Part shown: positions 35,140-46,694 of the stretch, piece by piece
How positions within the stretch are numbered: the first letter of the stretch is position 1
Layout of the letters: each line of letters opens with the position of its first letter
Assembly (NCBI GenBank): GCA_963825865.1
Contig: CAWGVG010000010.1
Span: forward strand, 1 to 64,000
Length of the DNA stretch: 64,000 nt
Direction of reading: 5' to 3'
Source: an uncultured Nitrososphaeraceae archaeon
Lineage (GTDB): Archaea > Thermoproteota > Nitrososphaeria > Nitrososphaerales > Nitrososphaeraceae
The notes under the pieces: model-generated
Seen by the model: the letters and a program-made list of their open reading frames with translations, nothing else
Told to the model about the DNA's origin: nothing
Databases searched by the model: none
Translations under genes and position numbers: made by a program

Positions 35140-36421
35140 TTGGCTGTAATTGAAGTAGAACAACAATGTCATCAAAATCAAGACCCATTATCAGTTTTCA
35201 TGTATGCTCTAAAAGCTTCAGAGACTAGAAGACAATGGCCACGTAGATTTAAGGTATTCTTTGACTTCCTCAAACTCGAGGAACCAATTGAAGAGCAAGC
35301 AAAACAATTTCTTATAAATGCTAAGCAAAACCAACAATGGACTCAGGATAATTTACTTCGATTTATGAGTTTTCAACATGAAAGAGTAAGACAAGGCAAA
35401 ATCTCTGAAGCTACCATTCCAAACTACTACAAGGCTATAAAATTATTTTGCGAAATGAATGACCTAGTATTAAACTGGAAAAAGGTAACTCGTGGAATGC
35501 CCAGGGTAAGACAAAGCGGCTAATGATAGGGCTCCCACAATAGAAGAAATTCAGAAGTTAGTGGAATATCCAGACCGTGGAATAAAGCCAATTGTCTGCA
35601 CCATGGTTTCATCGGGGATTAGAATAGGTGCATGGGAGTACTTGAGATGGAAGCACGTAATTCCCATGACGAATAGTTCAGGTGAAATCATTGCAGCAAA
35701 ATTAATCGTATACGCTGGTGATAGAGAAGAATACTATACATTTATCACATCTGAGGCTTACAGCTCTTTAAAGGAATGGATGGACTTTCGTGCATCTTAT
35801 GGGGAAACTATAACAGGAGAATCCTGGTTAATGCGTGATATATGGCAGACTACTAACATAGATTATGGTGCCAAATGGGGTTTAGCAACAAACCCAAAGA
35901 AGCTTAAAAGCAGCGGTATAAAACGACTTTTGGAACGTGCCTTATGGGAACAGGGGATTCGTCAACCTCTCAAAGAAGGAATCAAAACGTCACGAATGGA
36001 AGGCTCACATGGATTTCGCAAATTCTACAAAAGTCATGCAGAGCAGGTTATGCGCCCAATTAATGTTGAGATAACTATGGGTCATAATATTGGTCTTTCA
36101 GCATCATACTATAAACCGACAGAAAACCAGGTCCTAGAAGATTATTTGAAGGCAACTGATTTGCTCACTATCTCCAACGACAAAGTCATACTAAAAAAGG
36201 AAGTTGCAGAACTGCAACAAAAGAGTAAGAACAATGAGTATATCATAAGAGGAAAACTACAAGAGAAGGATGAAGAAATGAAGACAATGAAAGAACAAGT
36301 TAATACAATGCAATCACAATTACAAACATTGATTTCTACACTTGGAAGTATAAAGGACCAAAATCAGGTTAATCAAACTGCCCAAATGCTTTACAAATCT
36401 GGGATATTGAATAACACTTGA
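35140..36421 (+). CDS. Tyrosine recombinase / integrase 1 (indels)
   Basis: SSGIRIGA, HGFRKF and MGHNIGLSASYY catalytic pattern with a coiled-coil tail; starts 57 bp after the tRNA 3' end. Confidence 0.88.
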
Positions 36422-36647
36422 GAATACACTGGCATATAATTATTAAATTTTTGAAATCTCCTAACGAGGATCAGAATTGACTTGATAAAAAAACGATTTT
36501 CTGTAACGATTGTGATAGGAATTTCAATTGAGTATCCTTTTCTGGCTTACTGATAGCCATAATGTCATTAAATGATCATCGTCCAAACAATCTAGACCGC
36601 CAACTTTACCCCCCTCTTCAGCAGATAGCGAAGATGATACTGCAGCG

Positions 36648-37943
36648 GTGGTATTTTCAAGTCAGAGAAGCCAGTTTGCAGATTACACAACTTGGAAAGG
36701 CATTGAGAATAAGACCGGTATTGAACGGGAACATGCCTATGATTTTGTTTTGAAAGAACTTGTGGACAACGCTGTGGACTATATAGAAACTCAACATAAT
36801 ACTACTGCTGCTGATATAACACCAGAAATTCATGTCACTATCAAGAAAACACAACCTCAAGAGAAGTTAATTCGTATAGTGGTTAGTAATTCCAACTATA
36901 ATACTACTAGCAGTAATAGTAGCAAAGCCACGTTTTCCAAACAGATGCTAAAATCTATCTTCGATTTTGATAGATATCATAGCAGCAAACGCAATCAGTT
37001 CAAAATAACAAAAGGTGCATTGGGTGATGCTTTGAAGGAAGTCCTGTGCATTCCTCACGTTCTAGCACATGATAATGAAATAAACAACTGGGATTATCCA
37101 TTAAAGATATATGCCGCACAAAAAATATTCCAGGTTCACCTTGCTATAGACAGAATTAACCAACTCGTTCATTCAAAAATACGTGATGAAGCCGATGATG
37201 ACGCAGAGGTTACATACTACGATAATACGAAAATAGAAGTCACTCTGCCGGTATTTGATGGTGGCCAAAATAAAGACGACCTGATAACTAGGCTATATAA
37301 CTATTTATGTAATTATGCAATCTTTGCAACGCACATAGGATTTTCATTTGAGTATGAAAGCGACCAAGAAGAAGGAATCTTTATAGAATTTCCACAACTC
37401 CAGACGATCAATCCAAAATGGAAGAATCACAGCAGCATTCATTATTACAAGCGAAATCAGTTCCATGAATTTATTTTAGGACTGGAAAACAATGACTCGA
37501 TAATCTATAGCGTATTGTATAAAACATTCAGAGAAGCAAGCAACTTGAGTAAAAGCGAACTTACAGACATGACCGTAGGTAGGTTAAAACACTCTCCTGC
37601 TCACATAGTTAGGTTATATGATGAACTGCGAAAGCGCATGAGTGCGCCTGCTCCTCTAACATTGCCATTTGATGTAACTAAGAAAGGTGTTAGAGCACAG
37701 GCGTTAAAGCAAAGAGTTGAGCAGCGCTATGGACATTTTTCAGAAATGAAATACAGGTCAGCATCAGGCTCTTGCAGTGAAAGCGGTGGTGACCAATCTC
37801 AATTCCCCTTCTTCTTTGAGATCGCAATATTTCATGACGTACAATATCTGCGTGCTAATCTGGCATTCAAACAGGCCCTAAATTGTTCAGCTATACCAAA
37901 TACTGGCTGGCTTAGATCCTTCCATCCATTGTTATATCTGTAA
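36648..37943 (+). CDS. GHKL ATPase, Topo VI-B / Topo VIII-like, C-terminally truncated
   Basis: VLKELVDNAVD (N box), SSKRNQFKITKGALGDALK (G boxes), NTKIEV, YAIFATHI and FPFFFEIAI; the last codons run into the antisense strand of the neighbouring gene. Confidence 0.7.
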   Translation: MVFSSQRSQFADYTTWKGIENKTGIEREHAYDFVLKELVDNAVDYIETQHNTTAADITPEIHVTIKKTQPQEKLIRIVVSNSNYNTTSSNSSKATFSKQMLKSIFDFDRYHSSKRNQFKITKGALGDALKEVLCIPHVLAHDNEINNWDYPLKIYAAQKIFQVHLAIDRINQLVHSKIRDEADDDAEVTYYDNTKIEVTLPVFDGGQNKDDLITRLYNYLCNYAIFATHIGFSFEYESDQEEGIFIEFPQLQTINPKWKNHSSIHYYKRNQFHEFILGLENNDSIIYSVLYKTFREASNLSKSELTDMTVGRLKHSPAHIVRLYDELRKRMSAPAPLTLPFDVTKKGVRAQALKQRVEQRYGHFSEMKYRSASGSCSESGGDQSQFPFFFEIAIFHDVQYLRANLAFKQALNCSAIPNTGWLRSFHPLLYL

Positions 37944-38656
37944 AAATATGAGCATCCAAGTGTTTTAGTGGCTGGATGTCTCCCTTCATGTTCCTTTATC
38001 TTTGTCTTTGGGTCTTCTAGCCACTCGATATACATTTGCTTATTTTCATCAGACATGTAACCTTGAGAAATTTGATCTATCTTTGCCTCTAGTTGGAGTA
38101 ATTGTATATCGTTTAAGATAATAATCTCATCTATTCCTAATACAGTCCAAGGAATACCGGTTTCGTGAATAGATGGTGAAGAAAATAACGGCTGTTTTTC
38201 ACATCTGACCTCTAATTTTGAATCCTTGATTGATATCTGCTTATTTGCTATTGGACGTTTAGCCATAAAGATAATGTGGATTCTACCCTTATCCTGATGC
38301 CATTCGATCCTAGTCTTTTTAGATAGTTCAATCACATAGTCCCAACTACCACCACCACCACCACCAAACCATTCCTCTACTGCATCATAACCATCAAAGT
38401 CAAGTGCAAATGAATAATAACAGCACTCATTTTTAGCTTTTCCATTACCGTTAATTGGTAACATAGTTTTGCCCAGTATAAGAGCAATACCGTTATCATA
38501 TTCACCCTTCTTAAGTTCTGCTTCAAAATCTACTTTCGTGAAGTCAATCTCATTCCAACCTTTCTGATAAATTCCTTTCTTGGGATAGGTAACAGCCTGA
38601 ACTATCGGTATATGAGCAGTATATGGCCAATATAATACGGCATTCTGCTCGCTCAC
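37832..38656 (-). CDS. Bifunctional primase-polymerase (prim-pol / AEP)-like replication protein, C-terminally truncated
   Basis: GIALILGK, ALDFDG (DxD), GRIHIIF, LEVR..K and SSPSIHETG..W, then a PriCT-like EGRH helix. Confidence 0.7.
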   Translation of the reverse strand: MSEQNAVLYWPYTAHIPIVQAVTYPKKGIYQKGWNEIDFTKVDFEAELKKGEYDNGIALILGKTMLPINGNGKAKNECCYYSFALDFDGYDAVEEWFGGGGGGSWDYVIELSKKTRIEWHQDKGRIHIIFMAKRPIANKQISIKDSKLEVRCEKQPLFSSPSIHETGIPWTVLGIDEIIILNDIQLLQLEAKIDQISQGYMSDENKQMYIEWLEDPKTKIKEHEGRHPATKTLGCSYFYRYNNGWKDLSQPVFGIAEQFRACLNARLARRYCTS

Positions 38657-38709
38657 GGGTTAGCTTGGTAATAGTAGTATTATTATTATTCTCTACTTCT
38701 ACCATTTTT

Positions 38710-39007
38710 CTATGGTGCAACTCCTAGAGAGTAACCATCATGGAAGTCCTCAGGCACTATAGATGTGTCAGTAGTATAGCCCTTAGTGTTCACTCGTTTT
38801 CTGAGCTTGCAATCCGGCTCATGTGCAGAAACATCTATCTGGATTATACCCTTCTCAGAACTAGGACATTCACAGAATTTTTTATTGGTGTAAAGTCTGC
38901 TTGCTTGTAGTCTAGCAATTTCTGGTAATGTGTTGTTTGTCCCTTGCTGCTTGCTGTTGAGACAAAACTTTAATTAAACGATAGCCGTGAAAATATTCAT
39001 CAATCAT
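38710..39007 (-). CDS. Small Cys/His protein of the mobile element (indel)
   Basis: Manual translation MIDEYFHGYRLIKV... then EFCECPSSEKGIIQIDVSAHEPDCKLRKR...GVAP*; co-oriented with and upstream of the prim-pol gene. Confidence 0.45.
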
Positions 39008-39010
39008 AGT

Positions 39011-39270
39011 TCAACATGCTCCTACTCCGGCTGTGTGTCTCTGCTGTGGTTGTATCTGGTCCTGTTGTGCCGGGTGGTTCCCGGCCAAATTTAATCTAAC
39101 GATAGATTATGCTCCGGATCTCTACACTCGACGGTAACAGTTTTAAAAATATCCTCAAAAAATCCAGAGCATGGTTTCTGAGGGTGTTCTGTTACTGTAA
39201 TGTGCTTGCAACGATGATCTTGTGTCTCTGTTTCTGGTAGTGCTGGAGCAGTTGTTGTTGTTGCTAACAT
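39011..39270 (-). CDS. Small Cys/His protein of the mobile element
   Basis: MLATTTTAPALPETETQDHRCKH..HPQKPCSG..ECRDPEHN. Confidence 0.4.
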
Positions 39271-39487
39271 TTTACTTAGTTTCCTCTCTCACTTTTCGTT
39301 TTGTTGCTTGCTCCTATTCCTAACCAATTCATTAATTAATTGGTCATACGTTTGATTTTTGTGACCAATTTGCCTTAAGAGATCCCTCGTTGTATCTTCC
39401 AAAGCAATTGTAGTTCTCATTATGTTGCATTATGCACATTACATAACGATATATATTATCCATAGACAATAGACAATACCTAGACAA

Positions 39488-40327
39488 TTGATTGCAAGTG
39501 AAGAGAAATCTAAGGATTTAGAAAACCAAATACAACTCCTCATTACAACGTTGCAGAATTTTAAAATAAGCAACAATAATAATCAGATTCAAGAATCAAA
39601 ATATTATCAAAGAACACAAAATAATAATAGTGATCTAGGAAAAAAAGATAAAGAAATATTTGAATTTATAGCAGATAATCAAGATATTCATCAGGAGGGC
39701 ATCGTCGAGCATTTTAAAACGAAAACAGGTTTTTCAAGAATGCCTGTCCTTAAATTAATAAAAGAACTAGAAGAAGATGGTTATATCATTCGTAGTAAAA
39801 AAGGCAAAGGAAATGTATACAGTCTACGTGTAAATGAAAATAACGTTCTATTAATTGTAAAAAAAGAAATGGATGATTTCAAGAAAAAGTTCTCTATTTT
39901 ACTGAAGAAATTAAAAAAAGAGATAATTGATAGCATGAAAAATGAAGAAAAAGAAAAGATGCTTTCTTTTTTGCATAAGGACATTTATGAGAAGTTAGTT
40001 TTAATATACATGTTCAGAGCAATATTTGCTTGGAGTAATAAAATAAAAGACGAACAAACATTGTATAACTTATATCAAATTGTCATTTCAAATATCATAG
40101 AAATTCAACTCGAATATAATAAATTTGGTAACAGGAAACATGTATCTCTTTTATCCATACCTTATGATCATGATATATGCATACAAGACGACGATAGAGA
40201 CGAAAAGATACAGATTTTTAAAAATAAGGGATTAGAAAAAGAGACTAGATCACTATTATCAGAGTTAGACAGAATTAATTATAGATATTCAAGTCTAGAA
40301 AGACTGATGAGAAATATTTCAAATTAA
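39488..40327 (+). CDS. Winged-helix DNA-binding protein, probably the element regulator
   Basis: KEIFEFIADNQDIHQEGIVEHF..SRMPVLKLIKELEEDGYIIRSK..GNVYSL; divergent from the prim-pol operon. Confidence 0.7.
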   Translation: MIASEEKSKDLENQIQLLITTLQNFKISNNNNQIQESKYYQRTQNNNSDLGKKDKEIFEFIADNQDIHQEGIVEHFKTKTGFSRMPVLKLIKELEEDGYIIRSKKGKGNVYSLRVNENNVLLIVKKEMDDFKKKFSILLKKLKKEIIDSMKNEEKEKMLSFLHKDIYEKLVLIYMFRAIFAWSNKIKDEQTLYNLYQIVISNIIEIQLEYNKFGNRKHVSLLSIPYDHDICIQDDDRDEKIQIFKNKGLEKETRSLLSELDRINYRYSSLERLMRNISN

Positions 40328-40509
40328 TACACAATCCTTTTAATCTTATCATAATTCACTCTGTATTTGTTGATACTTTCAAAAGATCATTATTCAGTAA
40401 TGATTGTGCCAAGGATAGGCTTTTGCCATCATAATGACAAATATATCTTATTGTTACTAATAACTTTTATTATCAATATAGATAAATGAAAGTAGGTTTT
40501 TCCATTGAA

Positions 40510-41854
40510 TCAACTATTATTATTATTTGTCTTAGGTTTTAATATTCCTGATGCAGCTAATGATTTTGCTAATACATTAAGCTGGTTTTGATCTGTAGTA
40601 GCTGATGATAGACTTGTAACTAACTTCGTAAACATATTTTGCAGCTTGGCTATAGCTTCAGAGTTAGATGCATCATGCTGCCTTTAACTGTTCGATCTGT
40701 ATGTCCTTCTCTAATAATTGCTTCTTTACATTCTGACCAGTTGCTTCTAATGCTGAATAGTCTAAATAAGTAAAGTATTTCATAAGTTGATGTCTATATA
40801 TTGACCTTCGTTGTTCTTCTTTTAGCTGATAATATGTAGATTTTGTAGCATGACCTAGAAACCATTCACTATATTCATATCCTACCTGATTTGATATTGT
40901 TGACTTTACAAATCGTCTGAAACTATGTAAAGAAACTTTACGACGTTTAAAACACCCCTCTTCTTTACGTGCTATAAAACCAGCAGTATCTAACACCTTT
41001 TGAAACTCAATAAGTATTTTAAAATATAATACTCTTGGAGATGGGTGTTTAGCATGTATGATTGCAAATATTAAATCATTATCATCTTTAACTCTATTTT
41101 TCATATACCTGTGTTCTGAATGTCTATCTCTATATTTCCAATCTATCCATTGCTTCTGTAAAAAGTTAGAAGCTTCGTCTGATATGTAAACATCTCTAGC
41201 CGATCCTGTTTTTGCAAATTCTTTTCGTATGTGTAATGTAGTTGGATTAGTAGAAAAGTTTACATCCTTTAATCTTAATGACAAAAGTTCTACAGCCCTG
41301 CAGCCACTTGAAGCAAGACATAACAAGTAAGCTTTTAACCTTCGATTATTGCATGCTAATAAAATCTGTCTGATATCTTTAGCATCAATAGCTAGCTCAT
41401 CTTCTCTGTAGATCCTTGGCATTTTAACCATATACTTGAATTTTGAGGGTATGACATCAATGCCACTATATGCAAAATATGATCTGGCAGTAGTGACATA
41501 CAGCTTAATACTTAAGGCAGTTAGATCACCATTGCCATTACTTCTTCTTATAATATTATTATTATTATTTGTCTGTTGTAAATACTCTACAAACTTATCC
41601 AGTAGTGTGTATACATTGATCTTACCTTTTTCTAGAGGTTTTAAAATGGTTTGAATATTGTCGTTGCCGTTTCCATTTCCATTTCCATAAGTCTGACTTA
41701 TGAATTTGTTTAAATGACCTAAAGCATAATAATAAGCAAAAGCAGTTTGTTTTGACCTTCTAGATAAACTTGATAAAAAACTTACAGCATTTGTAAATCC
41801 TTTGTCTTTATATTTTACTAAAAGTACCTCCAACCTGTTTATTACGTTAGGCAT
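40510..41854 (-). CDS. Tyrosine recombinase / integrase 2 (indel near 40675)
   Basis: ASSGCRAVELLSLR, FAKTG, LHSFRRF and LGHATKSTYY; the tail continues to ...DQNQLNVLAKSLAASGILKPK. Confidence 0.9.
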
Positions 41855-42253
41855 ATCTCCTAGGATATATATTATGTTAATATCTCTTTCTGTGTATGGT
41901 TAGCTGGAGTTATGTTGTTACCTGCAACAATTGCGGATATATCTCAGAAGAAAAGTTACCTAAGGTAAAAGCAAAGAAGCTTTTACAGACACACCTAAAT
42001 AGTGTTCAAAACTGTACTCGTGGACGCATTAAGCTGATGAAAGTAAGGACATAAAAATTACAAATGTATAAAATTTATCATCCAGTGACATCGAATCCCA
42101 TCACCCCCCCAATTTATACAATCGGCCCGGCAAAATATCGAATCAGCATTACATTATTTTAGATAGCAAGAAAATCAAATATAAGCATACTACTAGTATA
42201 GCATTATACTAGTTTAATTACTGATTATTGTTGTCTAGCCCAACGTATAAAGT

Positions 42254-42346
42254 ATGAATATGTTGGAATTTGTAGGAGAGGTTATTCTTTTGTCGACTTC
42301 TGGTGTACTATCCCCTGGCCATTTATTTTTTACTAATCTTATTTAT
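42254..42346 (+). pseudogene. 5' relic of a LysE-family transporter
   Basis: MLEFVGEVILLSTSGVLSPGHLFFTNLIY, resembling the LysE SPGP motif; interrupted by IS sequence. Confidence 0.5.
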
Positions 42347-42544
42347 GAAGGGTATCCCAAAATACTGTATAGTCGAAGGAACAAGGATAAAACCATAATT
42401 TCTGTAATAAAACGGAGGTTTGGAGAGCACCTGATGTCTAGGTTGATTCGAACACAGAACACAACTATCTCTTAGATACATGGCCTACAACATGCATAGA
42501 TTAGCCAACATCATCATAATATTGATGATGGTTTCTACAAAGCC
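42347..42544 (+). mobile_element. 3' relic of an IS5/IS4-superfamily transposase with its right end
   Basis: YSRRNKDKTIISVIKRRFGEHL.SR (degenerate YREK helix), then AYNMHRL and a terminal GGTTTCTACAAAGCC. Confidence 0.65.
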
Positions 42545-42640
42545 GTATTCTGGATGTCTATAACCGAAGAAGTGTACTAATAATAATAATAATAATATTA
42601 ATTGTTAAAATTTGGCTTTTGTATATTATTATTTCGAGAT

Positions 42641-43303
42641 GAGAGAAATATCTATCATATCTAGGCTAATGGTGATTTTATGCTTGATGTTAGCAGTATT
42701 AGACGATAATCCTATCTTTTCAGTAGCTCGCACAAGTGAATAAAGCCAACGCCCAAAGATCTAATAATCTTAATGCAATTAGAAACATGACAAAACCAAG
42801 CAGTATCCAAGACTCCTTCTCTGAAAGGGGAACAATAAATTCATTGGTCTATTTACCTTCTGGCGATGATAAGAATTCTACCCTAGGTGCTGCTAAAAAA
42901 TTTATTCTCTTTGGCAATTGGAACTTGATCGTCCATCAAGGGGTTGTAAAGAACTTTCAAGCAAAATTTATTAATGTTCTTCCTGACGGAACACGCTGGC
43001 ATTCCCATAAATTGGTTAATTTCACAATTGACAACAACAATACAAAAATTCACGCGATGGGAGATAACAGCATATCTATATCCGGGACTGTCGATGTCAA
43101 ATTAAATGATGCTGATGCATGGAAAGGATTAAAAACAAATATTATAATTTCTAAAGGCAACATAATTTCTATCTTCTTTGATAACCTTGCTACAGGAGAA
43201 CACTTTAGAGGACAGCCAATCTATGGTTAAGTGCAGTCAATAAAAGATAGTAATGGAAATGAAACTAAAAAAATGACAGAGAAGCAGCCTGTGCTGCAAA
43301 TAT
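42641..43303 (+). CDS. Secreted beta-rich hypothetical protein of a Nitrososphaera-type family (indel plus an internal TAA)
   Basis: Signal-like N-terminus, GTINSL, ILFGNWNL..FQAKF..V..DGT..HSH and HFRGQPIYG. Confidence 0.55.
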
Positions 43304-43666
43304 AAAGGATGAGCAACAATAGGCTAGCCTGTAGGTCAATTCATTTATGAAATACTCCATAATATTGTTAGCGATAGTGGTCGATTATAGGTATGGATAA
43401 TAGTATCGTTGATGCTACTACTACTAAAACAATAAGGCAACTCATTTTTTCCCGAGTAGATAGAGACCCTCTGTATCTTCTCCTCCCCCCATAAGATAGG
43501 AGGCATGACTCTGTCTACTACCACCTATTTCCATGTCGTCAGAATCACTTTATAATACCTTTATTCAGATATGTGACATGCACAGTGTAATTGCAAATGT
43601 AAGTTAACTTTGTTAACTAATCTTTTAATTATCCAATTATCTAAATATGTATTGCATTAGCCTATA

Positions 43667-44146
43667 ATGCAAACCGTATCTATGTTCAACACATTAAATA
43701 TGCCTATAAGGATGAGTTTTATTGCTGTTGTAATAGCAATAGCAGCTATTGGTGCGGTATTGGAAATTGGAATTATTAATGTAAGCCAGGCCCAAGTACC
43801 TACAAAAAACACCTCCTACTGCCCCATCATTATCCACTTCGCCTCCTCCTTCTCCTACTAATACCAGTGTATCACCAGAGGTAAAATCAAAACTATGTGA
43901 TCCTAATAACCCAAAACTCAGGTTTGTTAATGCAACTGAGTCAAAAATATGTGGTATTCCAAAAACAATGAAAAATGTCACAACAACAACTCCAGCACCC
44001 ACTTCTATACCTTCACCTACACCAAAGCCGATATCGCCTTTATCACCAAACCCAATAACACCACCACCTTCAGAAAATCCACCACAAGAGGCACCTATAC
44101 CTGGAATACTGTAGGGAGAGCATCATCCTTTAGGATTTTGACCTGA
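43667..44146 (+). CDS. Secreted Pro/Thr-rich protein with a two-Cys domain (indel)
   Basis: Signal peptide, then SPEVKSKLCDPNNPKLRFVNATESKICGIPKT and a Pro-rich tail in the shifted frame. Confidence 0.6.
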
Positions 44147-44976
44147 TTTAAGTCGCCAAAGCCCTCTGCCTTGTACATCTCTCGACTATCCTCTTCTTTT
44201 CCTCAAGACCCTTTGTAGATTTTGTACTGTGTTATACGTGCATAGGCTATTCTGTGGCAAAAAAAGGGTTATGAAACAAGGCATGCAAAGCAAGTCTTTA
44301 ACTAAAAAAATTGAACAAATATTAGAAAAGACGTGTTGAGACTGATTATAAAGGCCTGTGGGAACTTGGAACCATATACACTTTCTTGCCTAGTTAAATT
44401 CATAACCAAAAATATAGTCAAAGGTGCAAAAAGGGGCTTGAAAAAGAGCGCAAAGCAAGTTCAAAAAGTAAAAAATATTTTTACTTCGATATCACAGGAG
44501 AAATTGCCAAAACCCAAGATAGTCGAGAATACCCAGACAGGAGAAGGAAAGCCCTTAGGAAATAGTGGACGATCCGATGCTTACGAAATTAGGGGATTCA
44601 CAGAAAACGCTTATGTAATTGTATACTTCCTAAGCGTAAATATTCTTGCGGCTCTGCTGCCTTCTTGACAAGCTTCTCTATAGATAGTAGAATACATAAA
44701 TTTATTTACAATAAGTTGGTTTTGAATCTTGTTGCTTTCAAGCTTTTTCTAAGGCATATTTTTTCCATTTTATTTTCTTAAGTATACTGACCAAACTTTT
44801 TTGGCTTTTCTCTCTGTGCTGTATAAAAGAAAGATTACTGCACTTATAGAAACATGGCTGTGAACAAAGAGAACCAGATAGACAGCCCTAGAGCAATGAA
44901 GGATATCATCAAGAACAAAATCGATGACTATAACAAATGCACCGCCAATACCGCCTGCGATGTAACCTGTTTTACC

Positions 44977-45220
44977 CATTTTATTATAGAAGAGCAAAAG
45001 AGAGTAATAGGACAGCATCAGAGAATTTTCGTTAATGTTCCTTCGTCTACTTCTATAGCAGTAGTTAGTAGTGAAAAACATACAGTATCTACAACGTGGC
45101 TAATTGTCAATGCAAAAATAACTTTCCAATGGCTCTAGATGAGGGCTAATCATCGTATGTTTGTTGGCACAAGAGATCCTCCAAAGCTTTTGATTTTTGA
45201 TACTAATTCAGGTAAAGTAC
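44977..45220 (+). pseudogene. Relic of a YncE-like beta-propeller gene
   Basis: RIFVNVPSSTSIAVVS..TWLI..NFPMALDE.NHRMFVGTRDPPKLLIFDTNSGKV across frames. Confidence 0.6.
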
Positions 45221-45587
45221 AGTAAGCAATAATCGAGAATAAGTAATAATGTTTCCCATAGGTTTCTATAATATGTTAACAAACGGTACTTTCTGAATAC
45301 TTATCATGTTGTGCCCAAACAATATTATTCTTATCTTCTCTTATCTTACCTGCAGCCTTAAGATTCATGATAAAATCGTAGTTAGAAGGTTCCATGATTA
45401 ACCTTGTTTTTAAATTTGAATACTTATTCGAATTTGAAAGGAAAAATTGCTTCGTATTGCAATGTAGATAATTGAAAAATAAAGACAATTTGGGCTATAA
45501 AAAGTGCAAGCGGGCCTAAAACATAAAGAAAGTATGCAGAATACAGTATTATGTATGTAAATATTATATAAACTATAACAATCAATT

Positions 45588-45785
45588 ATGATTATGTCTG
45601 CTACAATATATGCTAGCCAGACAGAGGATTCGCTAGTGTTACCACTGCCTCTTACTATTTGTCCTAAGTGCGGACGGTTGGTTAAAATCGACGGTCATTG
45701 TGAATGTGAAGCAATATTTTTTGCACCTTTTAATCAAGCTAATGAGAAAGAAAATGCATCGAAGCCTTTAGCTACCACAATATGA
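45588..45785 (+). CDS. Small zinc-ribbon protein
   Basis: CPKCG...HCEC. Confidence 0.4.
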   Translation: MIMSATIYASQTEDSLVLPLPLTICPKCGRLVKIDGHCECEAIFFAPFNQANEKENASKPLATTI

Positions 45786-45889
45786 AGAAAGTCTTCCACT
45801 AAAGCAGCATGAGAAGTCATATACGTCCGTAGGATAACAATCTAAAAACGCAATCCTTAAAGCTTACCTACTAGCAAAACCAACTTTAG

Positions 45890-46025
45890 GATAATAGCAG
45901 AGATGAACGGTTCATTAAAAAGGATTAGCGACATATCCTATATAATAAATTCCCAATCAGATAATGGTTTCTACAACGTTAATTCAAATGTATTAGGCTG
46001 GAATTGCTCATGCCCTGACCACTAG
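45890..46025 (+). pseudogene. SWIM zinc-finger relic, possibly the N-terminus of a thaumarchaeal DDE transposase
   Basis: IKRISDISYIINSQSDNGFYNVNSNVLGWNCSCPDH followed by a stop. Confidence 0.5.
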
Positions 46026-46299
46026 TGTTAATACCTCAGTATCAGCATCAGTTTCGTCTTACTGCTACACTCTGAAGGAGCCTAACTATGAAAATCAATA
46101 TCTTGCAAGTAACAATTTAAATCTATTACAAAAACGAATAAAGACAAGTTTAGCCGATTAAAAGATGATACAAAAACTATGGACTTGCATTACCTTTTAA
46201 GCGCAGAAATTGAATGCCACTTTAAAAGAAGCATGGTGAAATTGAACATTTGAGTCTACTAATGGAACATAAACAAAAACAAGAAAATGAAAGTGACAG

Positions 46300-46650
46300 A
46301 ATTGATTGGCGCAGAAACAAAGTTCAGGAGCTAAGCAGCCAGGGAGATAGCCAGAGGGAGATACCACAGATATTACAGATATCAAATGACACTGTTAACA
46401 GAGACTTGTCATACCCTTAGGCAGCAGGCAAAGTCCAATATCAGAAGATACATTGGCGAAAGGCTGCCAGAAGAGTACCAGAAATGTCTTGTCGGGTTGA
46501 CAGCAATCCTGAGGGAAGCTGGAGTACTTCGCAAGCTGCAGAAGACAAGAGAGAGAAGATACAAGCCTTGTCATTGGCCAAAGATTGCTATTCGATGAAG
46601 CTAGACTTGCTCACGAATGCCACAGTAGTTGACGATGCTATCAGGAGTTG
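46300..46650 (+). pseudogene. Relic of a multicopy HTH protein family (WRRxKV..L...G.SQ.EI...)
   Basis: IDWRRNKVQELSSQGDSQREIPQILQISNDTVNRDLSY..RQQAKSNIRRYIGERLPEEYQKCLVGL...KLDLLTNATVVDDAIR across frames. Confidence 0.65.
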
Positions 46651-46694
46651 GTAGTAGGATATTATTATTATTGTTATTATTTGTCCACGATCAC

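Larger units (their letters stand above)
35084..41950. mobile_element. tRNA-adjacent integrative island, probably two fused and deleted elements
   Basis: Inward-facing integrases at both ends, with a GHKL ATPase, a prim-pol-like gene, small Cys/His ORFs and a wHTH regulator between them. No attR repeat was found, so the right boundary is approximate. Confidence 0.7.

Noticed and set aside
42088-42112. TCGAATCCCATCACCCCCC resembling a tRNA 3' end or attR site near integrase 2
   Set aside because: It does not match the 3' end of any of the three tRNAs in the window and is too short to support.
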